Source: Minisyncoccota bacterium
GTDB lineage: Bacteria > Patescibacteriota > Minisyncoccia > Phycocordibacterales > UBA6065
DNA length: 64,000 bases
Assembly (NCBI GenBank): GCA_035546035.1
Contig: DASZXC010000003.1
Coordinates: forward strand, 64,479-128,478
Direction: 5' to 3'
The translations under genes and the position numbers were made by a program. This document shows, one piece after another, positions 27,429 to 35,079 of the stretch; the stretch's first letter is position 1; each line of letters begins with the position of its first letter. A model generated the notes under the pieces. The model saw only the letters and a list, made by a program, of their open reading frames with translations. It searched no databases and had not been told where the DNA came from.

Positions 27429-28523
27429 ATGAAAATTTATAAGGATTTATATTGGTCGATAATTTCTCCCCAATCTCTATTCAGAGCTTGGGAAGTATTT
27501 AAGTCCGACAAAAGGAATAAACCTGACGTTTCCGAGTTTGAACTCCACATCGAGCAGAATATTTTTGATCTGTACCGCGATCTGAAGAATGAGACGTATC
27601 GACACGGGCCATATAAAGGATTCTGGATACACGATCCGAAGATCAGGCGCATACATAAGGCGGTTGTCCGAGATCGGGTGCTCCATCACGCGACCTTTTC
27701 GGTGCTGAACAAAATATTTGAGCCGACTTTTATCAATGACTCGTATTCGTGCCGTATCGGCAAAGGCACTCACAAAGGCGTGGAGAAAGTTGCTGATATG
27801 CTTCGTACAGCGAGCAAGAATAATACCCGCCAATGCTATGCACTCAAATGCGATGTGAGGAAATTCTTTGACTCTGTTGACCACCAAGTGTTGAAAGACA
27901 TCCTTGGTAGGAAAATCAAGGATCAAAAGACTATTTCTCTTCTGAAAGAGGTTATTGAGAGCTACGAGAAAAGCGGCACTTGCGAGAGAGAGAGAGAGAG
28001 AGAGAGTAAAACGCTGCCGCTTTTTACTACAAATACCAACAAAGGGGTGCCCATCGGCAACCTGACTTCGCAGATTTTCGCCAATATTTACATGAATGAG
28101 TTTGACCAGTTCGTTAAGCATGGGCTTCGGGTGAAAAATTACGCGCGTTACACCGACGATTTTATGATTATATCAGAGGACAAAGAATATCTCGAAAATT
28201 TACTGCCAAAATTGCAAGACTTTTTGAGAGAAAAACTGAAACTCGAACTGCATCCGAACAAGATATCTGTTCGTAAATTTCACGAAGGCATAGACTTCCT
28301 CGGGTATGTCATATTCCCGCATTATAAGCTCCTTAGAGCGAAAACCAAAAAGAGGGTTCTGAGAAATGTACGCAAGAAGATGGCTTGCTACCAAAAAGGA
28401 TTAATTCCTGAAAATCACTTACATCAAAGCATGCAGTCATATCTTGGCGTTTTGTCTCACGCGAATACCTACGAGCTGACGGAGAATTTGAAGAATCAGT
28501 ATTGGTTTTGGATGAAAGAGTAA
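27429..28523 (+). CDS. DGR reverse transcriptase
   Basis: RDRVLHHA and SYSCRIGKGTH N-terminal motifs, DGR-specific IGNLTSQ (in place of QGxxxSP), YTDD catalytic motif (RYTDDFMII). Confidence 0.9.
   Translation: MKIYKDLYWSIISPQSLFRAWEVFKSDKRNKPDVSEFELHIEQNIFDLYRDLKNETYRHGPYKGFWIHDPKIRRIHKAVVRDRVLHHATFSVLNKIFEPTFINDSYSCRIGKGTHKGVEKVADMLRTASKNNTRQCYALKCDVRKFFDSVDHQVLKDILGRKIKDQKTISLLKEVIESYEKSGTCERERERESKTLPLFTTNTNKGVPIGNLTSQIFANIYMNEFDQFVKHGLRVKNYARYTDDFMIISEDKEYLENLLPKLQDFLREKLKLELHPNKISVRKFHEGIDFLGYVIFPHYKLLRAKTKKRVLRNVRKKMACYQKGLIPENHLHQSMQSYLGVLSHANTYELTENLKNQYWFWMKE
27984..28006 (+). repeat. (GA)11 dinucleotide microsatellite inside the RT coding sequence (encodes ERERERES)
   Basis: gagagagagagagagagagagag read directly. 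In frame with the RT. Confidence 0.9.
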
Positions 28524-28530
28524 ACTACTT

Positions 28531-29319
28531 TTAGGCAAAGTGAGCTGTGAGCTTTGTCACATAATCTGCGTATTCTGAAAATATCTGAAGGTTCGCGTAC
28601 ACAACCTTTGCATCAAGTTTCTTTCCAGTAGGATGACCAGCGTCGTTTCGGTTGAGACGGATGAAATTGAAAATACCATCAAGATAAGTTTCCCAATTAT
28701 CCTGAAGTTCTTTGGGTAGAGATCGAACATCGTTTACAAACTCCTTTTTGAATTCCTTGTACTGGGTTGAAATGAATTTTTCCTTGGTGTTCTTTTCCAA
28801 TCTAGCTTTTCTCGTGGCGTCTGTGATCGAATCTATATATGCCTCAATAAGGGAGAGCATGAGATTCTCAGATGCCACACCAAGAGTGATAGTTGCAGAG
28901 AGAAGGTGGCGACGATGATATGCGGCGATCGCCTCGCCAATGTAGGCTAACGTGACATCATCAAGGGTAGGAACCTTTGTCTTTAATGCTTTAACGTATC
29001 CTTCAGGATCATACGGTAGCCAATTTTCCTCTTTGAATGCATGTTTGCCTAATTCAGTGACAGTAAGCCAAGGATATCCGCTATTAAAGTCGCCAGCTGT
29101 GCCAGGATAGATGTATCCGACATTTATCAACTCCTGAACTATCTCTCGGGCGACTGAGTGAATCTTGGCAACTTCCCAATGAGGACCATTGCCGTGAGGG
29201 AACAAAGCATACACTTGTCCCATCTGATGCTGTTGCATCTGATTAGGATTTGTTTCAGCCCAAACAACCTGACTCTTGAAATGCTCAAATATTTTATTTT
29301 TGATTTCTTCTCGAGTCAT
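28531..29319 (-). CDS. hypothetical protein
   Basis: 262-aa low-GC ORF between the DGR RT and tRNA-Ser. Confidence 0.4.
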   Translation of the reverse strand: MTREEIKNKIFEHFKSQVVWAETNPNQMQQHQMGQVYALFPHGNGPHWEVAKIHSVAREIVQELINVGYIYPGTAGDFNSGYPWLTVTELGKHAFKEENWLPYDPEGYVKALKTKVPTLDDVTLAYIGEAIAAYHRRHLLSATITLGVASENLMLSLIEAYIDSITDATRKARLEKNTKEKFISTQYKEFKKEFVNDVRSLPKELQDNWETYLDGIFNFIRLNRNDAGHPTGKKLDAKVVYANLQIFSEYADYVTKLTAHFA

Positions 29320-29407
29320 TTATTGTGAAAGTATAGCAACCTACTAGCTTTGTGGGTCACAGCTCAAACCAGAGCATGTGGGTCATCAAAACTAACAGGT
29401 TGTCAAT

Positions 29408-29495
29408 GCGGAGAGGGGGAGATTCGAACTCCCGATGAGGTTTCCCCCATACCGCATTTCGAGTGCGGCGCATTCGACCACTCTGCCACCTCTCC
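29408..29495 (-). tRNA. tRNA-Ser (anticodon CGA), long variable arm
   Basis: Reverse complement GGAGAGGTGGCAGAGTGGTCGAATGCGCCGCACTCGAAATGCGG...GGGAGTTCGAATCTCCCCCTCTCCG. Confidence 0.75.
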
Positions 29496-29570
29496 GTGGT
29501 CTCCGAAGCCTCGATATCCTAGCATTTTTTGCCAAAATAGCAAAAAAAAGCTATATTTGAAGCCTACCGC

Positions 29571-29642
29571 GGCCCTATCGTCTAATGGTTAGGACAGGAG
29601 CTTTTCAAGCTCTAAATCGGGGTTCGATTCCCCGTAGGGTCA
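29571..29642 (+). tRNA. tRNA-Glu (anticodon TTC)
   Basis: GGCCCTATCGTCTAATGGTTAGGACAGGAGCTTTTCAAGCTCT...GGTTCGATTCCCCGTAGGGTCA. Confidence 0.7.
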
Positions 29643-29669
29643 CAACGTTCCGCAGGTTATAATAGATGC

Positions 29670-30644
29670 ATGAGAAAATTTAGCTTTTTCATGCTCTTTA
29701 CGACGAGTCTGTTTTTTGGCGTTTCCGTCATTCCTGTCCAGGCGACTACATGCCTCGACCTCCCGTACGACCTTGCCCAGGGCGACAGAGATGCCGCGAC
29801 GGGCGGCCGCGTGACGCTTTTGCAGAATTATCTGTATTCCGTCGGATATCTTTCAGCGACGCCGAACGGTAACTTCGGCCCGGCGACGTATGCCGCGGTC
29901 AAGCAATTCCAGTCTGTCTCAGGCATATCGATGACGGGCAACGTCGGACCCCTGACCCGCGTGGCGCTCAAGATTAAGACTTGTGCCTCTGCGCCGACGG
30001 CCCCTGCGACGCCGAGCGTTCCGACCTCGCCATCCGCTCCGTCTCAAACTCAACCTAATATCAGCGTAACCCTGCCGGCGTCAGGCGAGACTTTGAAGCT
30101 CGGCGCGCAATATACGATCAGGTTCGCGGCGCAGACGTCAGGTCCCTATAACTTGATCCTCGAAGACGCGACGGGTACGCGCTTCGGCTATATCGTTCCG
30201 GGAACGTATAGCAAGGAATATGTCTGGACCGTCGGAAGCGTCATAGACGCGTCGCAGCCTTCAGGTCGGACGATCGTCCCGCCGGGCACGTACCGCGTTC
30301 ATGCCGAAGGCCCGTCCGGTTCAGAGGCTTCCGACAGATTGAGCGGCGTCTTCACTATTTCCACCGACCTTATCGTCACTGATTTCATGCCGAGAACGGC
30401 GACGATCGGCTCCGGCGCGTCCATCGCCGTATTCGGAGCAGGGTTCACATCCGCTTCCGCGGTGTCGCTCTACGGATACGGCACCATACCAGCGCTCTAT
30501 GTCTCTCCTGACGGCAAGATACTCATATTCGAAGCGCCTTCGGCGACGTATCCGGGTTCGCGGCTCATCTCTGTCGTGAATAGCTACGGCTCGTCGAATA
30601 CATCGGTCGAAAGCAACCAGCTCTCGATGACGCTTATGCGCTAG
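29670..30644 (+). CDS. secreted protein with peptidoglycan-binding (PG_binding_1-like) domain
   Basis: Signal peptide, then LQNYLYSVGYL...GNFGPATYAAVKQFQ, a Pro/Ser/Thr linker, and a beta-rich C-terminal domain. Confidence 0.5.
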   Translation: MRKFSFFMLFTTSLFFGVSVIPVQATTCLDLPYDLAQGDRDAATGGRVTLLQNYLYSVGYLSATPNGNFGPATYAAVKQFQSVSGISMTGNVGPLTRVALKIKTCASAPTAPATPSVPTSPSAPSQTQPNISVTLPASGETLKLGAQYTIRFAAQTSGPYNLILEDATGTRFGYIVPGTYSKEYVWTVGSVIDASQPSGRTIVPPGTYRVHAEGPSGSEASDRLSGVFTISTDLIVTDFMPRTATIGSGASIAVFGAGFTSASAVSLYGYGTIPALYVSPDGKILIFEAPSATYPGSRLISVVNSYGSSNTSVESNQLSMTLMR

Positions 30645-30664
30645 CGGAAGCGTATAATAAGTGC

Positions 30665-31525
30665 GTGAGGACTTTTCTTTCAAAAGCGCTCAAAGGAGCG
30701 GTCATAGCCGGTTCATTCGCCATAGCTTTGCCTGTATGGGCATACGCGGCGAATATCGTCGTCCTTCCTGAAGCTCCCATCCAGGGCGACCCGATCATGG
30801 TATATGTCGAAGGCACGACCACGCTTAAATCCATGGCATTCACCGGTTCGGCGCTTAAACCTTTTATATATAAGAACAGGCCGACGGCGATATATGGATT
30901 CGATATAAATAAGAAGGCGGGGGTGTACAAAGTCTCGGCGACCCTGTCCGATGGCACGGTTTTGGAGAAAAATATCCTCGTAGACGAAAGGAAAAAGCCT
31001 GTCTTGACCTTCACCATCCCCGCGAAGCTCGGCGGTACGACGACGGCGAGCCAAAAGACGCTCGTAAGCGCGCTGGCGATCGAGAACGCGAGCCTTGTCG
31101 GTCTCAAAACCGGCACCAAGGCATACTGGACCGACTCTTTTCAACATCCCGTGCCGAATCCGATCGTGACCGACGGATACGGATATGATCGCGATACGGG
31201 CGAAGCGACCGTAACGCACAAAGGCACCGACTTCCGCGCGGCCGAAGGCACGCCCGTCGAAGCGATCAACCGAGGCGTGGTCCGCCGCGTTCAGGAGACT
31301 CGCGATTACGGCAAGACCGTCATCGTCGATCATGGGCTCGGCCTCATGAGCTTCTATATGCATCTCTCGAAGATATGGGTGAACGAAGGCGAATTGGTCC
31401 AACGCGGCCAGTATGTCGGCCTCTCCGGCCAGACGGGATACGCTCTCGCTCCGCACCTGCATCTGACCATCCGCCAGGACGATATATCCATCGATCCGGC
31501 GGTATTCCTGAAGCTATTCGAATAA
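30665..31525 (+). CDS. M23/LytM-family peptidase
   Basis: Signal peptide. HKGTDF and DHGLGLMSFYMHLS ... PHLHLTI zinc-binding motifs. Confidence 0.75.
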   Translation: MRTFLSKALKGAVIAGSFAIALPVWAYAANIVVLPEAPIQGDPIMVYVEGTTTLKSMAFTGSALKPFIYKNRPTAIYGFDINKKAGVYKVSATLSDGTVLEKNILVDERKKPVLTFTIPAKLGGTTTASQKTLVSALAIENASLVGLKTGTKAYWTDSFQHPVPNPIVTDGYGYDRDTGEATVTHKGTDFRAAEGTPVEAINRGVVRRVQETRDYGKTVIVDHGLGLMSFYMHLSKIWVNEGELVQRGQYVGLSGQTGYALAPHLHLTIRQDDISIDPAVFLKLFE

Positions 31526-31574
31526 CCCATGGAAAAGCCCGCGACGTGTCGCGGGCTTTTCCAGCTGTTCCAGG

Positions 31575-31976
31575 CTAGTTCGTATTGCCTTTGTTGACGA
31601 TCCACCACGTGTCGTTCGCGCTGTCCGCGACGAAGGTGAGGAAAGGATTCATACCGGCATTCTGGTTATATATCTCTTGGAACGATTTCGTTCCCATGTC
31701 TATCGTATCGCCGGAAGCGGCGTGGATGACCACGGTGTTGCCGTTGGCGGCTCCATACATCTTGTACGTATACGTCTGACCGTTGCGGAGCGTGGTAGAC
31801 GGTAGGTAATAATCCATGGTCTCATCCTGCTCGGCAGGATCGATGATGACGAGATGCTCTGCGGCGAGCGACAGGCTCAGATCCGACAGGATCGGGAACT
31901 GCGCGCGGGCGACATTCGCTCCGAGGACGAGCAACGCAAAAACCGACAGGCCCCAGATGAGGGCTTTCTTTTTCAT
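31575..31976 (-). CDS. hypothetical secreted small protein
   Basis: Start taken at the internal Met giving signal peptide MKKKALIWGLSVFALLVLGANVARA. The longer track ORF has an implausible Arg/His-rich N-terminus. Confidence 0.35.
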   Translation of the reverse strand: MKKKALIWGLSVFALLVLGANVARAQFPILSDLSLSLAAEHLVIIDPAEQDETMDYYLPSTTLRNGQTYTYKMYGAANGNTVVIHAASGDTIDMGTKSFQEIYNQNAGMNPFLTFVADSANDTWWIVNKGNTN

Positions 31977-32155
31977 ATCTATGCTTTTTAAAGTGCTTTT
32001 AATAACGAGAGAAGCACCAAGTGAGGCTTTAATCATACGCCAACCGCTATCTCGCGTCGTCGAACGTCTGTTAATAAAATCGGGGAAAAGCTCAGGATAG
32101 CTTTGGGATAAGTCGGGGAAAAAGCGTGTATAAACAGGGGACTGGCTGTGGAAAC

Positions 32156-32572
32156 CTATGCCAACTGGCGCTTTTTGCTCATATCCGCGAATACCATGGC
32201 CGCGACGGCGATGATGAGGACGTTTTTGATGATGTATTGGCCTTCTATCGTCGGAACGAACATGCTTTGCCACGTCATGCCTTTCAGAAGGAAGAGGGGA
32301 AGCGTCGTCACGATGACGTGGGGAACGAGCAGTATGAACGCGTATCTTTCCTTGCGCGGGATGAGGAACAGAAGGCCGATGAGCACTTCGTATGCGCCTA
32401 ATATCAGATTGAACGTATGGAACGTGATGAACGGCATCGTCTGATGAAGGAGCGCGTCCACCAGAGGATTGGCAGGGGAGTAGCCGAACAATTTCACCGC
32501 GCCGAACCATACATAGACGATGAAGAGCGCGATGTGGGCGAAGACGAATGCGCGGTATTCGGTGCTTTTCAT
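32156..32572 (-). CDS. DoxX-like membrane protein
   Basis: 138 aa with four predicted TM helices. Confidence 0.35.
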   Translation of the reverse strand: MKSTEYRAFVFAHIALFIVYVWFGAVKLFGYSPANPLVDALLHQTMPFITFHTFNLILGAYEVLIGLLFLIPRKERYAFILLVPHVIVTTLPLFLLKGMTWQSMFVPTIEGQYIIKNVLIIAVAAMVFADMSKKRQLA

Positions 32573-32590
32573 ATGTATATTGTACCGCGA

Positions 32591-33514
32591 TTACTTGGCG
32601 TGGATGTACACGTAGATATCCTCGAGCGCCTTTATGGCGTCCCCTGCGGCGATATTGTTCTGATGATAGAGGCCGTCGGTCGAGTCTCCGGCAGCCCAGA
32701 CGCCTTCGACGGAGGTCGCCTGCGTCTTTGGATCGACGGCGATGCGTCCGAACGCGTCTATGGCGACGAGGCTCTTCGCGAAATCGGTCGCGGGGATCGA
32801 GCCGATCTCGACGAATATGCCGGTGACGGCGAGCTCTTTCTGTTCATTCGAATCCTTGTCTTTGTAGGCGAGGGCCGATACGAATTTATTGCCCTTCACT
32901 TCCGAAGGGATCGCGCCCGTAAGCGCGTGCATCTTCGGGTTAGAGAGCACTTTCTTGACCGTCACGGGATCGGCCTTGAATTCGTCGCTTCGGTTGAGGA
33001 GCGTCACCGATCTGCAATAGGCGAGGAGCTGCGCGGCGCTTTCGAATGCGGCATTGCCGCCGCCGATGACCGCGACGTCTTGATCCGCGAATATCGGCCC
33101 GTCGCAGGATGCGCAATAGGTGATGCCTTTGTGCTCGAACTGGGCCGCGCCGGGGACGTCGAGCTTCCTGCGGGCGCTTCCAGTTGCTATGAGCACCGTC
33201 TTAGCTTTGTACGAAGCCGTATCGGTCGTCACCGTGAACGTTCCATCGGCGGTTTTTTCGATGTTCTTGCACGTTTCGCCCGCTTTTATGTCGACGACGT
33301 CTGCCGCGTATGCGCGCAGGTGGCCTTCAAGCGCCTTGGCGAAGTCGAGCCCCGATATCTTGACCGTGCCGATCCAATTTTCGATGCCCTCGGACACCGT
33401 GGACTGGCTGTTCCAGTCTTTCGTTATGAAAACGGTCTTCAGGCGCTTGCGCGAAGCATACACTCCGGCCGCAACGCCCGCCGGGCCGCCTCCTATAATC
33501 ACGAGATCGTACAT
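32591..33514 (-). CDS. trxB: thioredoxin reductase
   Basis: FAD motif DLVIIGGGPAG, redox-active CASCDG, NADPH motif VIGGGNAAFESA. Confidence 0.85.
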   Translation of the reverse strand: MYDLVIIGGGPAGVAAGVYASRKRLKTVFITKDWNSQSTVSEGIENWIGTVKISGLDFAKALEGHLRAYAADVVDIKAGETCKNIEKTADGTFTVTTDTASYKAKTVLIATGSARRKLDVPGAAQFEHKGITYCASCDGPIFADQDVAVIGGGNAAFESAAQLLAYCRSVTLLNRSDEFKADPVTVKKVLSNPKMHALTGAIPSEVKGNKFVSALAYKDKDSNEQKELAVTGIFVEIGSIPATDFAKSLVAIDAFGRIAVDPKTQATSVEGVWAAGDSTDGLYHQNNIAAGDAIKALEDIYVYIHAK

Positions 33515-33535
33515 AGTGGAGATATTATAGCAGAC

Positions 33536-33697
33536 CTATTTCGCTTTCTTGCTCTTGAAATCTTTCAGAATCGCTTTGTAACACGATATGCAAAGGTGAT
33601 ATTTACGGACCATATCTTTTTTTGGAGGGGAGAACAGAATACCGCCGAATTCCATGAGTTCCCGACCGCATTCATCGCATTTCGGCTGTATCGCCAT
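33536..33697 (-). CDS. small zinc-ribbon protein
   Basis: 53 aa with two CxxC pairs (CDECG, CISCYK). Confidence 0.35.
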   Translation of the reverse strand: MAIQPKCDECGRELMEFGGILFSPPKKDMVRKYHLCISCYKAILKDFKSKKAK

Positions 33698-33713
33698 AGA
33701 AAGATTATATAGC

Positions 33714-33774
33714 ACATATTCTGCATACAAAAAGTACCCCAGGGCCTGGGGTACTTTTTGTATGCAGAATATGT
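33714..33774. repeat. 61-bp palindrome with 30-bp perfect arms, downstream of ftsZ
   Basis: acatattctgcatacaaaaagtaccccagg g cctggggtactttttgtatgcagaatatgt read directly. Confidence 0.85.
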
Positions 33775-33779
33775 CCTGC

Positions 33780-34940
33780 TTACTTCTTCCTGCGCAAGAA
33801 AGCCGGAACCGCGCCCCAATCGTCGTCATCGTGGCTAATGGTAGGGATAGCCTTATCTTCTTTTTTTGGCTCCTCTTCCTTCTTTGCCGGAGCGATCACG
33901 TTATGTATCTGCTTCTTGGCCTCTTCCTTCGCTTCGGCAGGACCGGAAAAGAGGGACTTCGCCTTGATGCCCGGGTGGACAGGGAGCTCGCCGAAGCCGG
34001 TAGCGATGACGGTGACTTTGACTTCGCCTTTCTTGATCTTCTCGTCGCGGACGGTACCGAAGATGACCTTGGCGTTCGGGTCTATAGATTCGGTGATGAC
34101 CTTCGCGGCGTCCTGGATCTCGAACATGGTGAGGTCGTCGCCGCCGGCGATAGAGAAGAGTACGCCTTTCGCACCCGCGATAGAGATGTCGAGGAGAGGG
34201 GATGAGATCGCCATCTTAGCGGCGTCCTCGGCGCGCTTGTCGCCCGCTGCCACGCCGATGCCCATGAGAGCCGAACCGGTGTTCTCCATAACGGATCGGA
34301 CGTCGGCGAAGTCTATATTTATAATGCCGGGGGTGGTGATGAGGTCGGAAATACCTTCTACGGCCTGCTTCAGGACCTCGTCGCACATAGCGAAGGCGTT
34401 CTTCGCGGTCGTGTTCTTGTCTACCGTCGCCAAAAGCCTGTCGTTCGGTATGATGATGATGGCGTCGACCTCTTTCTTGAGGTTCTCGAGAGCCGCTTCG
34501 GCGACCTTCATGCGCTGGGTGCCTTCGAAGAAGAACGGCTTGGTGACCACGCCGACTGTGAGGGAGCCGAGTTCTTTTGCGGTCTTGGCGACGACGGGAG
34601 CCGCGCCTGATCCGGTTCCGCCTCCCATGCCGCAGGCGACGAATACCATGTCCGCGCCTTTCAAGGATTCCTGAAGCTCTTCCTTCGTCTCTTCCACTGC
34701 GCGGCGTCCGAGCTCCGGATTCATGCCCGTGCCGAGGCCCTTGGTGAGGTTTTTGCCGATGTGGATCTTCTTTTTCGCGAGAGAGTGATGAAGGTCCTGC
34801 GCGTCCGTGTTCACGGCGATGAACTCGACTCCGCGGACCTTGGAGTTGATCATATGGTTGATGGCGTTCTTGCCGGAACCGCCTACGCCGAGGACCTTGA
34901 TGCGGGCGAACGTCTCTACTTCAGGAACGATGTTGGGCAT
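33780..34940 (-). CDS. ftsZ: cell division GTPase FtsZ
   Basis: GVGGSGKNAINHM and GGGTGSGAAPVVA tubulin-signature motifs. Confidence 0.9.
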   Translation of the reverse strand: MPNIVPEVETFARIKVLGVGGSGKNAINHMINSKVRGVEFIAVNTDAQDLHHSLAKKKIHIGKNLTKGLGTGMNPELGRRAVEETKEELQESLKGADMVFVACGMGGGTGSGAAPVVAKTAKELGSLTVGVVTKPFFFEGTQRMKVAEAALENLKKEVDAIIIIPNDRLLATVDKNTTAKNAFAMCDEVLKQAVEGISDLITTPGIINIDFADVRSVMENTGSALMGIGVAAGDKRAEDAAKMAISSPLLDISIAGAKGVLFSIAGGDDLTMFEIQDAAKVITESIDPNAKVIFGTVRDEKIKKGEVKVTVIATGFGELPVHPGIKAKSLFSGPAEAKEEAKKQIHNVIAPAKKEEEPKKEDKAIPTISHDDDDWGAVPAFLRRKK

Positions 34941-35079
34941 GGGAATGGTGATGATCTGGCTAAGGTGCGTACATCATATACAAAGGAAAATCAAAATACA
35001 ACAAAAATCTGTTGCGTAACATGGGGACGATATGGGGAAAGCAAAATGTCAAAAAAGCCTTGCGATACAAGGCTTTTTC

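Larger units (their letters stand above)
12880..29400. mobile_element. low-GC genomic island / degraded prophage (about 16.5 kb) with phage-like genes, copper-resistance cargo, serine recombinase and a DGR; exact ends unresolved
   Basis: Base composition falls from about 60% to about 45% GC. The island is flanked by tRNA-Val (12416-12490) and tRNA-Ser/tRNA-Glu (29408-29642) and contains terminase, methyltransferases, a recombinase and a retroelement. Confidence 0.55.

Noticed and set aside
12972-29358. Direct repeat tttgtgggtc at both island edges (12972-12981 and 29349-29358) as attL/attR
   Set aside because: A 10-mer match between two roughly 500-bp regions is expected by chance about one time in four. 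Serine-integrase attL/attR need not share long repeats. It is noted only as a weak candidate.
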